IMG/VR virus record: IMGVR_UViG_3300042673_000041
Location: 1-38,155 of that record
Source of the DNA: a virus
Lineage: Duplodnaviria > Caudoviricetes
Length of the DNA: 38,155 nucleotides
Strand: one strand, 5' to 3'
Shown here: piece by piece, positions 7,329-16,477 of the stretch
How positions within the stretch are numbered: position 1 is the stretch's first letter
Layout: the number at the start of each line of letters is the position of its first letter
The notes under the pieces: generated by a model
What the model was told of the DNA's origin: nothing
The model's input: the letters and a program-made list of their open reading frames with translations, nothing else
The model's database searches: none
Position numbers and translations under genes: made by a program

Positions 7329-10016
7329 TTATTGTTGTTGTCTATAATTGGCAGTAACTTCAGTTACCCATTGCATTCCAGATAATCCATGTTCAATTTC
7401 AGTAATCTGCCAAACTCCATTTGATAAATATTTTTTAGGAATACCTGTAACTACAAAACAATCCCATCTTCTAAGTCCACTAGACCCTAATATTTTAAAT
7501 TTATATGTAATTGGTAACAAAGGTGATAATAATCCCTTACCAGTCTCTTTTTTTAAATAATTTGAAAATGCGTCATTTTTTAGTTTGTCAAAATAAATAG
7601 GGTCATCATAACAATATACTCCAAATGATTCATCTAAGATACCACCGGTAAAAACTGAACTTTTCTTTGGTTCAATTTCATATGATTTATTTGGTCTTAC
7701 TAAAAAATCAATTTTATCCAAGTTTTTAGCAAATGAAGTTTCTCTAGCTTGTAATCTTTTATCTAATTCGTCTACAACATCTTTTGACTTTGTTAGCTCC
7801 TCATAAGCTTTTGCTTTTTCTACCTCTTTACCCTTCCAAGTAGCGTCTTCACCTATTACTTTATTTTTTATTGCAACAAGGTTACCTGCACTATCGTAAT
7901 ACTCAGTTGCAGTAGCATCTCCTCTATTTATAATCACTTTTTTTACAATCTTTAAACTTTCCGCCTGATTTGCTTTTGTTTCAATGTCGGTTCTCTTTTC
8001 TGCTGCAGCTTGATTCCCTGCTTTTATTGCATCGGATAGTTTATCATCTGGACTTTTAGATAACCAATTTGTGTTTGGGTCATAAGTCTTATTAGGAACT
8101 TCGGTTCCGGATTGCGTAGGTTTTGTATCTCCAATTCGTACATCCAAAAATAAATCACCACCTTGTGCAAAAAATGTATCTGCTTTTCTATCTTTATTTA
8201 CATTTATAATAGCCTGTTCAGGTTGAGATGCAATATTAAATCTTCTATTAATTATTTGGCCCATCATCTCTGCGGGTATTTTTATATTCAAAGATGCATC
8301 TAAAAATACAGAATTTTCTCCCGAATGATGAAATAATTTATTTTCAGGTGTTTTTTGTTGACCTACCCAATGCTCATCAAATACTTTAATAGATAATAAA
8401 CCATCATCTCCTACAGTTTCTATAATTTGAAAATTCCAAAATCCATTAACAGCGGCGGACATTCCGTTTAATAAATCATTAAGTATTTCTCTTACATTTT
8501 TGTTTGATGCCGTTATTGTATTTTTAAAAAATTCAAAATTTATATAAAGATTTTCTAATAAACCATAGTGTTCACTTATTTCTTTAAATGTATTTGCTGG
8601 GGCTGGGACTGGCTTACCCTCCTTATCTTTTGTTGGAAATCCAATTTCTCCAGTTTGTACAAAACTTATAAAACCGTTGTTACCAGCTCTTGGAATACGC
8701 AAATCAATACCACCACCAGATGTTAATTCACTATAATCTACTCCCAGTGTATTTACTATGATTTTAGTAAATTCAGGAAGTTTTCCTGGTATTAATAGAT
8801 TTTCTTTTTTTGTTGAAAATATAAAAGGGAATGCGCCTATTTTAGTATCCTTTGTATTAATATAAGATTTTAATTCCTTACCGCTAACAGTATATTTGAC
8901 AGTTTTAGCATTTGCATTTAATATATTTACTGCAAGACCAAAACGTATATATTGTTGATTACTAACAAATCGTTCAACCGGTACGCCAAATTCACTTACT
9001 AATGCTTCTTTAGGATTATCAATAGTTCCAAAAAAATATGCTGTTTTTTCCAACCAAGTTACTTGAAATTCTTGTTCTAATTTTTTTATAACATCTAAGT
9101 CAAATCCTATAAAATCATACCATTTACAATCGTTAATTAAGTTAGCTACTTCTTGAGTTTGTTTTATAGTAGGTAAATTATTAAACATGTTTTTAAATCT
9201 CTTATCTTTAACAGGCTGTATATTTTTATCATCATCCAACCCTGTAAGTGTACTTTGGTTTTCTAACTGAGTAGGTCCATATAAAGGAAATGTTCTTGAA
9301 TTTAATGGACCATTTTCTTTTGTGTATGCATATAAAGAATGGTGCGATTGTAGAAATGCAGGTAATGATGGCACTCCTCTCATTTGTACATTTACATTAA
9401 ATAAGTTACCTTCACTAGTAACTTCCCCACCAGTAATAAATCCAAAAAAGCAATCATAATCACCTCTAGATGCTATTCGTTTATCCTGCAATGCAGAATC
9501 GGTTAATGCATTATTTCCAACTTGAGCTTGAATAGTACCCACATCTTTATCACTAATTAATCCTTTAACTCCATCTTCAGTGTTCCACCCCCATTCTACA
9601 AAAAGAGAATAACCAGGCTCCATAAAATACTGCTGAATTAATTCTAATTGTTCTATTGAAAATGCAGTAATATTTAAGTTTGCTTCTTTTGATATTTGGT
9701 CTTGTCCTTCTTTTACATTAAATAATGTTATTACTGGTCTTGGTTTTGCAGGTGCTCCAGCTGTTGCCTGTATTGGTGTTTTTTTAGCCCATGTAACTCC
9801 AATAGTACCACTACCATCGGAATACGAACCATATACAGATGCTTCAGTATTCACTCCCGCCGCATTGAATAATTTCCAATCGGGATTACTTTCTATAATT
9901 AACCCATCATTAGCTCCCGAAAATACACGTATAAATGTACTAAGGTTACTTAATGAACTATTATTTCTACCTCTAATTTTTTTATGAATCGTATCGTTAA
10001 TCTGCGTTAAATACAT
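7329..10016 (-). CDS. putative baseplate hub protein (gp27/gpD-like fold, 895 aa)
   Basis: Lies after the tape measure, tube-initiator and LysM genes. YFMEPGYSLFVEWGW and the C-terminal FKILGSSGLRRWDCFVVTGIP...WQITEIEHGLSGMQWVTEVTA resemble hub-protein C-termini. Confidence 0.6.
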   Translation of the reverse strand: MYLTQINDTIHKKIRGRNNSSLSNLSTFIRVFSGANDGLIIESNPDWKLFNAAGVNTEASVYGSYSDGSGTIGVTWAKKTPIQATAGAPAKPRPVITLFNVKEGQDQISKEANLNITAFSIEQLELIQQYFMEPGYSLFVEWGWNTEDGVKGLISDKDVGTIQAQVGNNALTDSALQDKRIASRGDYDCFFGFITGGEVTSEGNLFNVNVQMRGVPSLPAFLQSHHSLYAYTKENGPLNSRTFPLYGPTQLENQSTLTGLDDDKNIQPVKDKRFKNMFNNLPTIKQTQEVANLINDCKWYDFIGFDLDVIKKLEQEFQVTWLEKTAYFFGTIDNPKEALVSEFGVPVERFVSNQQYIRFGLAVNILNANAKTVKYTVSGKELKSYINTKDTKIGAFPFIFSTKKENLLIPGKLPEFTKIIVNTLGVDYSELTSGGGIDLRIPRAGNNGFISFVQTGEIGFPTKDKEGKPVPAPANTFKEISEHYGLLENLYINFEFFKNTITASNKNVREILNDLLNGMSAAVNGFWNFQIIETVGDDGLLSIKVFDEHWVGQQKTPENKLFHHSGENSVFLDASLNIKIPAEMMGQIINRRFNIASQPEQAIINVNKDRKADTFFAQGGDLFLDVRIGDTKPTQSGTEVPNKTYDPNTNWLSKSPDDKLSDAIKAGNQAAAEKRTDIETKANQAESLKIVKKVIINRGDATATEYYDSAGNLVAIKNKVIGEDATWKGKEVEKAKAYEELTKSKDVVDELDKRLQARETSFAKNLDKIDFLVRPNKSYEIEPKKSSVFTGGILDESFGVYCYDDPIYFDKLKNDAFSNYLKKETGKGLLSPLLPITYKFKILGSSGLRRWDCFVVTGIPKKYLSNGVWQITEIEHGLSGMQWVTEVTANYRQQQ

Positions 10017-10037
10017 AAACTTATTTATTTTATATTA

Positions 10038-10325
10038 TTAAGAAAAATTATTAACGATTTCTATATAATTTGTTGGAATTCTTAATACAGTACCATCTTC
10101 AAATGCAAATACAGCATTGTGTATATTGTTAGCAGATGCAATAATCCACCAAAGAGATGAATCTTGATAATATTCATATGCCAATGTATCAAGTCTGTCA
10201 CCAGTTTCAGTTGCAACATATATATCAGAATCTTTTAATGGAATATTTGGATATATCTTTGAACGATATACTATCCTACCATTAGTTGCTCTTTTTACTG
10301 CGTTATTTTCATATCTACTACTCAT
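10038..10325 (-). CDS. LysM-like baseplate protein (P2 gpX / T4 gp53-like)
   Basis: GDRLDTLAYEYYQDSSLWWIIASANNI...GTVLRIP LysM/tail-X signature; baseplate context. Confidence 0.85.
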   Translation of the reverse strand: MSSRYENNAVKRATNGRIVYRSKIYPNIPLKDSDIYVATETGDRLDTLAYEYYQDSSLWWIIASANNIHNAVFAFEDGTVLRIPTNYIEIVNNFS

Positions 10326-10365
10326 ATTTTATATAAATTAATTTTATATGGGTCATATTATTTTT

Positions 10366-12153
10366 TTATTCTGATGTTTGTGCCGTTTTTTGCATAATAG
10401 GCGAGTCTGAATAAAACTTGTATCCTTCTATACTTTTTCTATCATCTACTATTTTTAAACTTATAGCCACTTCAATTACAGATGGTAATTTATATTTTTT
10501 AATATCTTTTGATGTATAATCTTCCTCACCAGCATCATTAGTTGCTGAAAATACCACTCTATCACCATTTCCGCTTCGTATCCAATCTTGTGCTTCATTT
10601 CGTTGTAATTGGTCAATACCAATTTCCCAAGTTGTATCATCTGGAATAGTATATGTAAGTGATTCTATAAAACAATCTTTATCTTTATACAAATCACCCA
10701 TACTAAACTTTATGAAAGGTGGAACAATTGCACCATCTACATATCCTTGTGGATATACTAATGATGTTAAAAAATTCAATCTTTCCCACACTGCTATATG
10801 TTCTTTTTGATTTGAAGAATATACTTTAAAGCTAAATCCTAATGTTTTTTCTATACCTGTATATGTGTAAAAACTAAATGGATTACCTATGAATTTATTA
10901 GGGTCCCAAGTTGGACTAAATGTTTCAGTCAATCCTGTTATAGTTGCTCTAAATAAGGCACTCATTCCTTTTTTCTTAGCTCTAGATGGGGATGAAAATT
11001 TTAATCTTATAAAATCTAAATCTTCAATTGATTTATCCTCAATTTTAGGAGCATCGCCCATATAAGGCAATTGCGTATTCATCGTATCTACATATGAGAG
11101 TCCTTTATCAGAATTTTTTTGATTTGCATAGTTTACTTGCAAATTTGAAAAGTTTCTAGAAGTATCTGCTGCATCTTTTGGTGGAGCTGATTTTTGTAAT
11201 CTTTTAATAAGGTTTACATTATCTATTTCTAATTTTTGCGCTTTTCCAAATTTATTATTCCCACTATATCCATTTAAATCAGGGGATATTGATAATGGAA
11301 ATGGTGGTCTGATTCCTTGTATAAGGAATTTTGTTATATCTTGTATATCTATTGTATCATAATCATATAAAACAGATGATAAATCATTTCTACTTTGTTG
11401 AGGGGTTTGTGGGTCTTTAGCAAACTTTATGGAATCACTATATTTAAATAAATTAGAATATTTCATTTTTTCAGGATCCCATTTTACTTGAGGGTCTTGT
11501 AATGAACCATCGCCTAGTAAAAGTTTTCTTCCAGCCTTTTTTATAGCAGATACGGCAGAACCTCCAATTTGTTCACCTTGGTCTTCACCACCCATAGGTG
11601 CGGTAACTGCAGATTTTATAAGTGCTCCCAATCCAGTACCTTTACTATCGGAAAGTATAGAACGACGTCTATAATCTGAAGCAAATCCACTTGAAGTTAA
11701 TTTATATCTTAAATCATTAGTTACTGTTGTTGGATATGCTGCGTATGGAAATAATCCTATTGAGTTTACAGCGCTTGTAATTGCTGCTCTTGCTTTTGCT
11801 AACACACCGCCAATTAATCCTCTACCACTACCACCCCTTGCATCTTTCATAGAATCTACATCAACCGTAGTTTGTGTAGTTAATCTTACTATGTTAGTTC
11901 CGTATAAAGCAGGTTGTGAAAGAAATCTCAATGGTCTTAATCCAGTCAAAGTTTCTTCTAAACGAGTTTCACCTTCCGTTACAGATGCTCTACCTAATCT
12001 AACTTTATTTAAAGGTTCTGCAAATTTATTTATAATAACATTAGAACTTCGTATTGGAATTCTTTTACTATTTTGAGGAGCAAATGTTTCCTTTGCAGTC
12101 TTACCACTACTTTCTAAAACCTTTTGTTTAAATAAATCTTCTAACTTAGGCAT
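10366..12153 (-). CDS. putative baseplate / tail tube initiator protein (595 aa)
   Basis: C-terminal FRATITGLTETFSPTW...IG...FYTYTG.EKTLGFSFKV...PPFIKFSMGDLY...CFIESLTYT resembles tube-initiator domains; lies directly after the tape measure gene. Confidence 0.6.
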   Translation of the reverse strand: MPKLEDLFKQKVLESSGKTAKETFAPQNSKRIPIRSSNVIINKFAEPLNKVRLGRASVTEGETRLEETLTGLRPLRFLSQPALYGTNIVRLTTQTTVDVDSMKDARGGSGRGLIGGVLAKARAAITSAVNSIGLFPYAAYPTTVTNDLRYKLTSSGFASDYRRRSILSDSKGTGLGALIKSAVTAPMGGEDQGEQIGGSAVSAIKKAGRKLLLGDGSLQDPQVKWDPEKMKYSNLFKYSDSIKFAKDPQTPQQSRNDLSSVLYDYDTIDIQDITKFLIQGIRPPFPLSISPDLNGYSGNNKFGKAQKLEIDNVNLIKRLQKSAPPKDAADTSRNFSNLQVNYANQKNSDKGLSYVDTMNTQLPYMGDAPKIEDKSIEDLDFIRLKFSSPSRAKKKGMSALFRATITGLTETFSPTWDPNKFIGNPFSFYTYTGIEKTLGFSFKVYSSNQKEHIAVWERLNFLTSLVYPQGYVDGAIVPPFIKFSMGDLYKDKDCFIESLTYTIPDDTTWEIGIDQLQRNEAQDWIRSGNGDRVVFSATNDAGEEDYTSKDIKKYKLPSVIEVAISLKIVDDRKSIEGYKFYSDSPIMQKTAQTSE

Positions 12154-12156
12154 TTG

Positions 12157-14571
12157 CTATATATTAAAATTATTTCTAGTAGTCTTTGATTGGTAACCAG
12201 TTAATAAATCGTTTACTTTAGATGTACCTAAATAAGTATTAACAGGAATACCACCTGAGTTTAATCGTTCCATTGCTTTTGTATTTGCTGCTATAACATT
12301 AGCCATTGCTTGCATTCCAGCTCCACCTCCACCATTAGCTGCGTTTGCTAATGCAGTTGATGCTCCAGGTGCTGCTATCAAATCATCATTTTTACTTAAT
12401 TTGAATAATCCACCTTCTTTAGTTGATACCATTGTTTCACCACCAGCAGGTGAATTCATATCTCCGGTAGGTACTGCGCTAGATGCTTTAGATATTGCGC
12501 TAAATAGTGCACCAACCATCGTTGCTGCCAATATGGCACCTACGATTGGTATTTTACCCTGTCCACCAAAAATACCAGCAATTGCACCAACAATACTTGC
12601 TCCAGCTTCTCTACGTTTTACATAAGCGCTGGCAATGTCTGTTGCTAATGTTTTTAATTTAGTACGGTATATAAATGCAAATATCGTTCCTAGTGTTAAA
12701 CCAAACCCAACCATACCAGCCATTGTATCTGATATATATCCAAATGCTTTAGCTAACATTGATATTGGTTTTAACATTAATTCTAATAAAGGTAATACCG
12801 CTGTACCTATTTGTACCCCAATACCGGTAAATGTATTTTTTATTTTACTCAACTCACCTTGCATTTGCTGGTCAGCTTTCAATTTTTGAATAGTTAAATC
12901 TAAATCCTCTTTACTTGTATTTGTAATATCCAATCCATTTGCTATTGCCTGTTCTGCTAGCTTTTTATCTTCCACTCCCAAATGAACCAATCTTTCTCTT
13001 TGTGCAATTAATCTTTGAACAGTTGCTGGTGTACTACCTATTGCCTTTGCTAATTCTCTTTGTGTAAAAAGGTCTTTGTCAGCAAATCTACCATTTCTTT
13101 CCATTTGATTTAACACCTCATCCAATGCACCAGAGTAATCTTTATTTGCTGCTAATATTCTTGCTTGCGTTAAATTAAATTGGCCTTGTGCAAATGCTGC
13201 AGCTTTTAATTCTTGTTCTATACCACTTTCAAAATCTAAAAGTTTTTCACTAACACCCATCACATCTTTTAAAGTAGCACCAAGTCTTCTAGCTTCAATT
13301 GCCGTCTTAGCCATATTATCAAATCCACTACCAAAATATTCTGCACTATCTTTAGCTGCTTCCGCAATATCTTTAAACAACTGCTTAGGTGCTATTTTAG
13401 ATAATTTAGCTACATTAGTAACTTGTAATGCGTAATTTACTGCGGTATCTTCACTCAATCCAGTCATTGCTTCCAATTGACCTACAAATTCAGCTGAATC
13501 TTCCGCCGCAATTCCAAAGTTTGTACTTAATACAGTTAATGCTCTTACCGTATCTTTTGATAAATTTGCTACATCACCAAATTGTTTTTTAATCTCAGCT
13601 ACTGTGTCAAATACTCCTTCAAATTCAACACCCAATTGAGCCATTTCAGAAGTTACCGATGCTGCTATTGTTTTAACATCTTTCATTTGGGAATTTATTA
13701 TTCCCGTCTCTTGTTTAAACTTTTTAGCTGCTTCTGACATATCTGTCATTGCTTTAACTCCTAATGCAAACACCGCCGCAACAACAGCCCAAGCAAGTAC
13801 TATACCACTTGATACTTTAAGAAATTTACCAGCACCCTCTATTATAGATTTTATTCCATCTGGTATTGCATCATACATTTTGCTCTGCTGCTCTTGAATT
13901 TCTTTAATTCTTTGTTCTTGCTGTTTAAATAATTTTCTTTGTTCTAGTGCTTTTTTATACAACCTAACACCTTCCTCAGTCATTCCATTTGTTTCGGCTT
14001 GAATTATTGCTGATTCTTTTTGGTCATCTGTCATTTTAGCAAATGCAGATTCGGTAGCGGAATCTATTAATAAAGCTTTTTGTTTTTCCAATTCCTCTCT
14101 GGTTAGTTTAAATTGGGCTCTTTGTTCTTCTGTATATTTTTCTTCACCTCTCTTAAGATTAATACCTAATTCTTGTCTTTTAAGGGTTATAATTTCTTTA
14201 GTAATATCAGAAACTACTCCTGATTTTGTTACTTGGTCATTTAATAATGATTTAACTGCTGGTGATAACTTAGTAATAGATTTTAATTGGTCCTCTTCAT
14301 ATTCCGCCGCTTCTTCTTGAAGTTCCCTTCTTTTTTTTGCTGTGTCTTTTCTTTTAGTTTCAGCAGTTAATATTTTCTCAACAAGAACTAATTCTTCTTT
14401 TAACTTTGTAAGACTCTTTTTTTCTTGCTCTAATTGAGTAGTTAAACGTTTTGCTTCTTTGGCTTTGGAAACCGCAGCTTTTTCATTCTGGGCATTAATT
14501 CGTTTTTCTGCCAGTTCAATCTCCTCTAAGAGTCTTAACCTTTCTTGTTCTTGCTGGATTACATTAGCCAT
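12157..14571 (-). CDS. tail tape measure protein (804 aa)
   Basis: Long helical, coiled-coil A/E/K/Q-rich sequence with hydrophobic Gly/Ala-rich segments; canonical position after tube and chaperone genes. Confidence 0.8.
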   Translation of the reverse strand: MANVIQQEQERLRLLEEIELAEKRINAQNEKAAVSKAKEAKRLTTQLEQEKKSLTKLKEELVLVEKILTAETKRKDTAKKRRELQEEAAEYEEDQLKSITKLSPAVKSLLNDQVTKSGVVSDITKEIITLKRQELGINLKRGEEKYTEEQRAQFKLTREELEKQKALLIDSATESAFAKMTDDQKESAIIQAETNGMTEEGVRLYKKALEQRKLFKQQEQRIKEIQEQQSKMYDAIPDGIKSIIEGAGKFLKVSSGIVLAWAVVAAVFALGVKAMTDMSEAAKKFKQETGIINSQMKDVKTIAASVTSEMAQLGVEFEGVFDTVAEIKKQFGDVANLSKDTVRALTVLSTNFGIAAEDSAEFVGQLEAMTGLSEDTAVNYALQVTNVAKLSKIAPKQLFKDIAEAAKDSAEYFGSGFDNMAKTAIEARRLGATLKDVMGVSEKLLDFESGIEQELKAAAFAQGQFNLTQARILAANKDYSGALDEVLNQMERNGRFADKDLFTQRELAKAIGSTPATVQRLIAQRERLVHLGVEDKKLAEQAIANGLDITNTSKEDLDLTIQKLKADQQMQGELSKIKNTFTGIGVQIGTAVLPLLELMLKPISMLAKAFGYISDTMAGMVGFGLTLGTIFAFIYRTKLKTLATDIASAYVKRREAGASIVGAIAGIFGGQGKIPIVGAILAATMVGALFSAISKASSAVPTGDMNSPAGGETMVSTKEGGLFKLSKNDDLIAAPGASTALANAANGGGGAGMQAMANVIAANTKAMERLNSGGIPVNTYLGTSKVNDLLTGYQSKTTRNNFNI

Positions 14572-14589
14572 TTATATAGAAAAAATTTA

Positions 14590-14823
14590 TTATGGTGCAA
14601 ACCCCGCATCTTGTAATTTTTTATACAAAGAAGGGTCTTCTTTTTTAAGCTTTTCCATATGAGGAGCGGCAGTTTTATTTAAGGCATCTATTTTTGATTG
14701 AATTTTTTTCAATTCAGGATCATCATCAATTAACTTTTGAATTCTATCCGGAGTTGGTTTTTTTGAAAATAAACCAAAAAACTCCTTTAAATTTGATTTT
14801 TTTATTTTATACTTCTTTCCCAT
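14590..14823 (-). CDS. hypothetical protein (77 aa)
   Basis: Clean ORF with its own TATTTATA motif at 14849-14856. Confidence 0.7.
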   Translation of the reverse strand: MGKKYKIKKSNLKEFFGLFSKKPTPDRIQKLIDDDPELKKIQSKIDALNKTAAPHMEKLKKEDPSLYKKLQDAGFAP

Positions 14824-14865
14824 ATGCGGTTATTTATAATAATACAACTATAAATATGGTATAAA

Positions 14866-14902
14866 CAAAAAAGTTAGGATTATCTATTAACCCTAACTTT
14901 TG
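14866..14902 (-). terminator. intrinsic terminator overlapping the stop of the chaperone-extension ORF
   Basis: Minus strand AAAAGTTAGGGTTA-ATAGA-TAATCCTAACTTTT followed by TTGTTT. Confidence 0.7.
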
Positions 14903-15086
14903 ATTGATTATTTGCTTGCTTTATTTGCTCATTTTCCTTTTTCTTAGCATCTACTAATTGTTGGTAGTAAAACATTCTAAGATAGGTTGGCATTCTATAC
15001 AAATCCATTACAGTGAACCCATTACCATAGTTTACCATCTCAAAAATTTGAGTATGGAGTTGAATACTATGATTCGGAGCTAGGCC
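14880..15086 (-). CDS. tail assembly chaperone C-terminal extension (lambda gpT-like), reached by frameshift or from the ATG at 15038
   Basis: Translated by hand (absent from the track): a 68-codon open frame GLAPNHSIQLHTQIFEMVNYGNGFTVMDLYRMPTYLRMFYYQQLVDAKKKENEQIKQANNQSKVRVNR* starts right after GGGTTTTTTT, in the +1 frame relative to the upstream gene. Confidence 0.75.
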   Translation of the reverse strand, partial: GLAPNHSIQLHTQIFEMVNYGNGFTVMDLYRMPTYLRMFYYQQLVDAKKKENEQIKQANNQSKVRVNR

Positions 15087-15828
15087 AAAAAAACCCTACG
15101 CCCATTACTATGGGCAGTACCTCCTCTTGTCCGTCTTCATGTGTATATGTAATTCTCATATCCATGTCCGGCTGAATTGTTTTAATGTAATCTCTAAATG
15201 CTCTACTATCTCTTGCTAAAAATCCATTTACGAATTTATTAATAGCTCCTATACTATTATCACCATCTACGGCTCTAATCATATGTCTAAATCTAGTAGT
15301 AATATCATGCGAAGTATCTTTATTAACCTTTTCTAATGCGGTAATATCTCTATCAATAGCCTTTTCATCACCATGCGTTAATAATTTAAATGTTAATTTG
15401 TTTTTACTATTTGGAGTAATAAATTCAAATTCATTTTTATTTTCAAATTTAGAAGTATCTACCTTTTTTGTTTCAATTTTTGTTAAATCAACAGATAAAT
15501 TGATAACATCTCCCGTTACAGAAGAATATGCAGATGCTTCATACTTAGGACCGTATCCTAATAAACGAGTTGCTAAGATAATTGCGTTTTTATCACCTAT
15601 AAGAATATCATCTATATTAACATTATCAACAATAACCGATTCAAATAGTTTATCTAATACAATACCTTTTTTGATAAGGTTTTGTGAAGAAAGGATATCC
15701 TCTTCCTTTGCGGTCATATGTTTAATTGTTATTTGACCCGATGATAATGGGTTCTCTTTTGGATATAATTTACCTTCCGATGGTAAACTAATAACTTCCG
15801 TTGGAAAATCATATTGTTTTTGATTCAT
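15067..15828 (-). CDS. tail assembly chaperone / baseplate hub assembly protein (T4 gp26-like, 253 aa)
   Basis: ISLPSEGKLYP...IKHMTAKEEDIL...GDKNAIILATRLLGYG, ending GFFWP; lies between tail tube and tape measure. Confidence 0.75.
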   Translation of the reverse strand: MNQKQYDFPTEVISLPSEGKLYPKENPLSSGQITIKHMTAKEEDILSSQNLIKKGIVLDKLFESVIVDNVNIDDILIGDKNAIILATRLLGYGPKYEASAYSSVTGDVINLSVDLTKIETKKVDTSKFENKNEFEFITPNSKNKLTFKLLTHGDEKAIDRDITALEKVNKDTSHDITTRFRHMIRAVDGDNSIGAINKFVNGFLARDSRAFRDYIKTIQPDMDMRITYTHEDGQEEVLPIVMGVGFFWPSSES

Positions 15829-15889
15829 AACTTTACTTTGTTTAAGTTTGTATATATAAATACATCATTTTAAAAAAATTAGAAAGCAC

Positions 15890-15918
15890 AAAAAAGGGGA
15901 TATTTTAGTATCCCCTTT
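15890..15918 (-). terminator. intrinsic terminator after the tail tube gene
   Basis: Minus strand AAAGGGGATA-CTAAAA-TATCCCCTTT running into a T tract. Confidence 0.85.
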
Positions 15919-15936
15919 AATTTTATATGTTTTAGA

Positions 15937-16425
15937 TTAGAATTCTAATACAGCGTAATCATATGCTACTTGTAGTTCTATTGATGCTGGGTCATTAGAT
16001 GTCATATCTAATTCACCAAAGTTTACTTGCAATGGAAATGCTCCATATAAAGTCCAAGTTTCAACAATATCACCAACAGGTCCTAACATTTCGATTTTGA
16101 TAGTCTTCTTATAGAATTCAGAATATCCTTTTCTACCAGTAATAGATTCGTGTCCTAAACGAACCCACTCCATTACTTGTTGTGCACCAGATGGTACAAT
16201 TGGGTCATAAAGAGTGATAGTCATATCCTGCCATTCACCTTTACCTTGCAACTTTCTTTTCACGTTAATGTGGTCTAAAGTTACAACTTCAAAGTTAATT
16301 TGAGGTCTGCTAGCTGCTTTAATCAAATATGCTTCTACACCATCGATACTCATTTTGAAACGAGCTTTCGTTTTTGGTTCCCAGGTTTTGTAGAACATAT
16401 CGTTGAATTCTAATACTTGTGCCAT
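15937..16425 (-). CDS. tail tube protein (T4 gp19-like)
   Basis: RKLQGKGEWQDMTITLYD, VMEW, WTLYGAFP...FGELD and AYDYA motifs; follows the sheath gene. Confidence 0.92.
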   Translation of the reverse strand: MAQVLEFNDMFYKTWEPKTKARFKMSIDGVEAYLIKAASRPQINFEVVTLDHINVKRKLQGKGEWQDMTITLYDPIVPSGAQQVMEWVRLGHESITGRKGYSEFYKKTIKIEMLGPVGDIVETWTLYGAFPLQVNFGELDMTSNDPASIELQVAYDYAVLEF

Positions 16426-16477
16426 TTTCTTTTCCTTTTATTTTATATTAATAAATATCTACTTTTTGTTTTTTATA

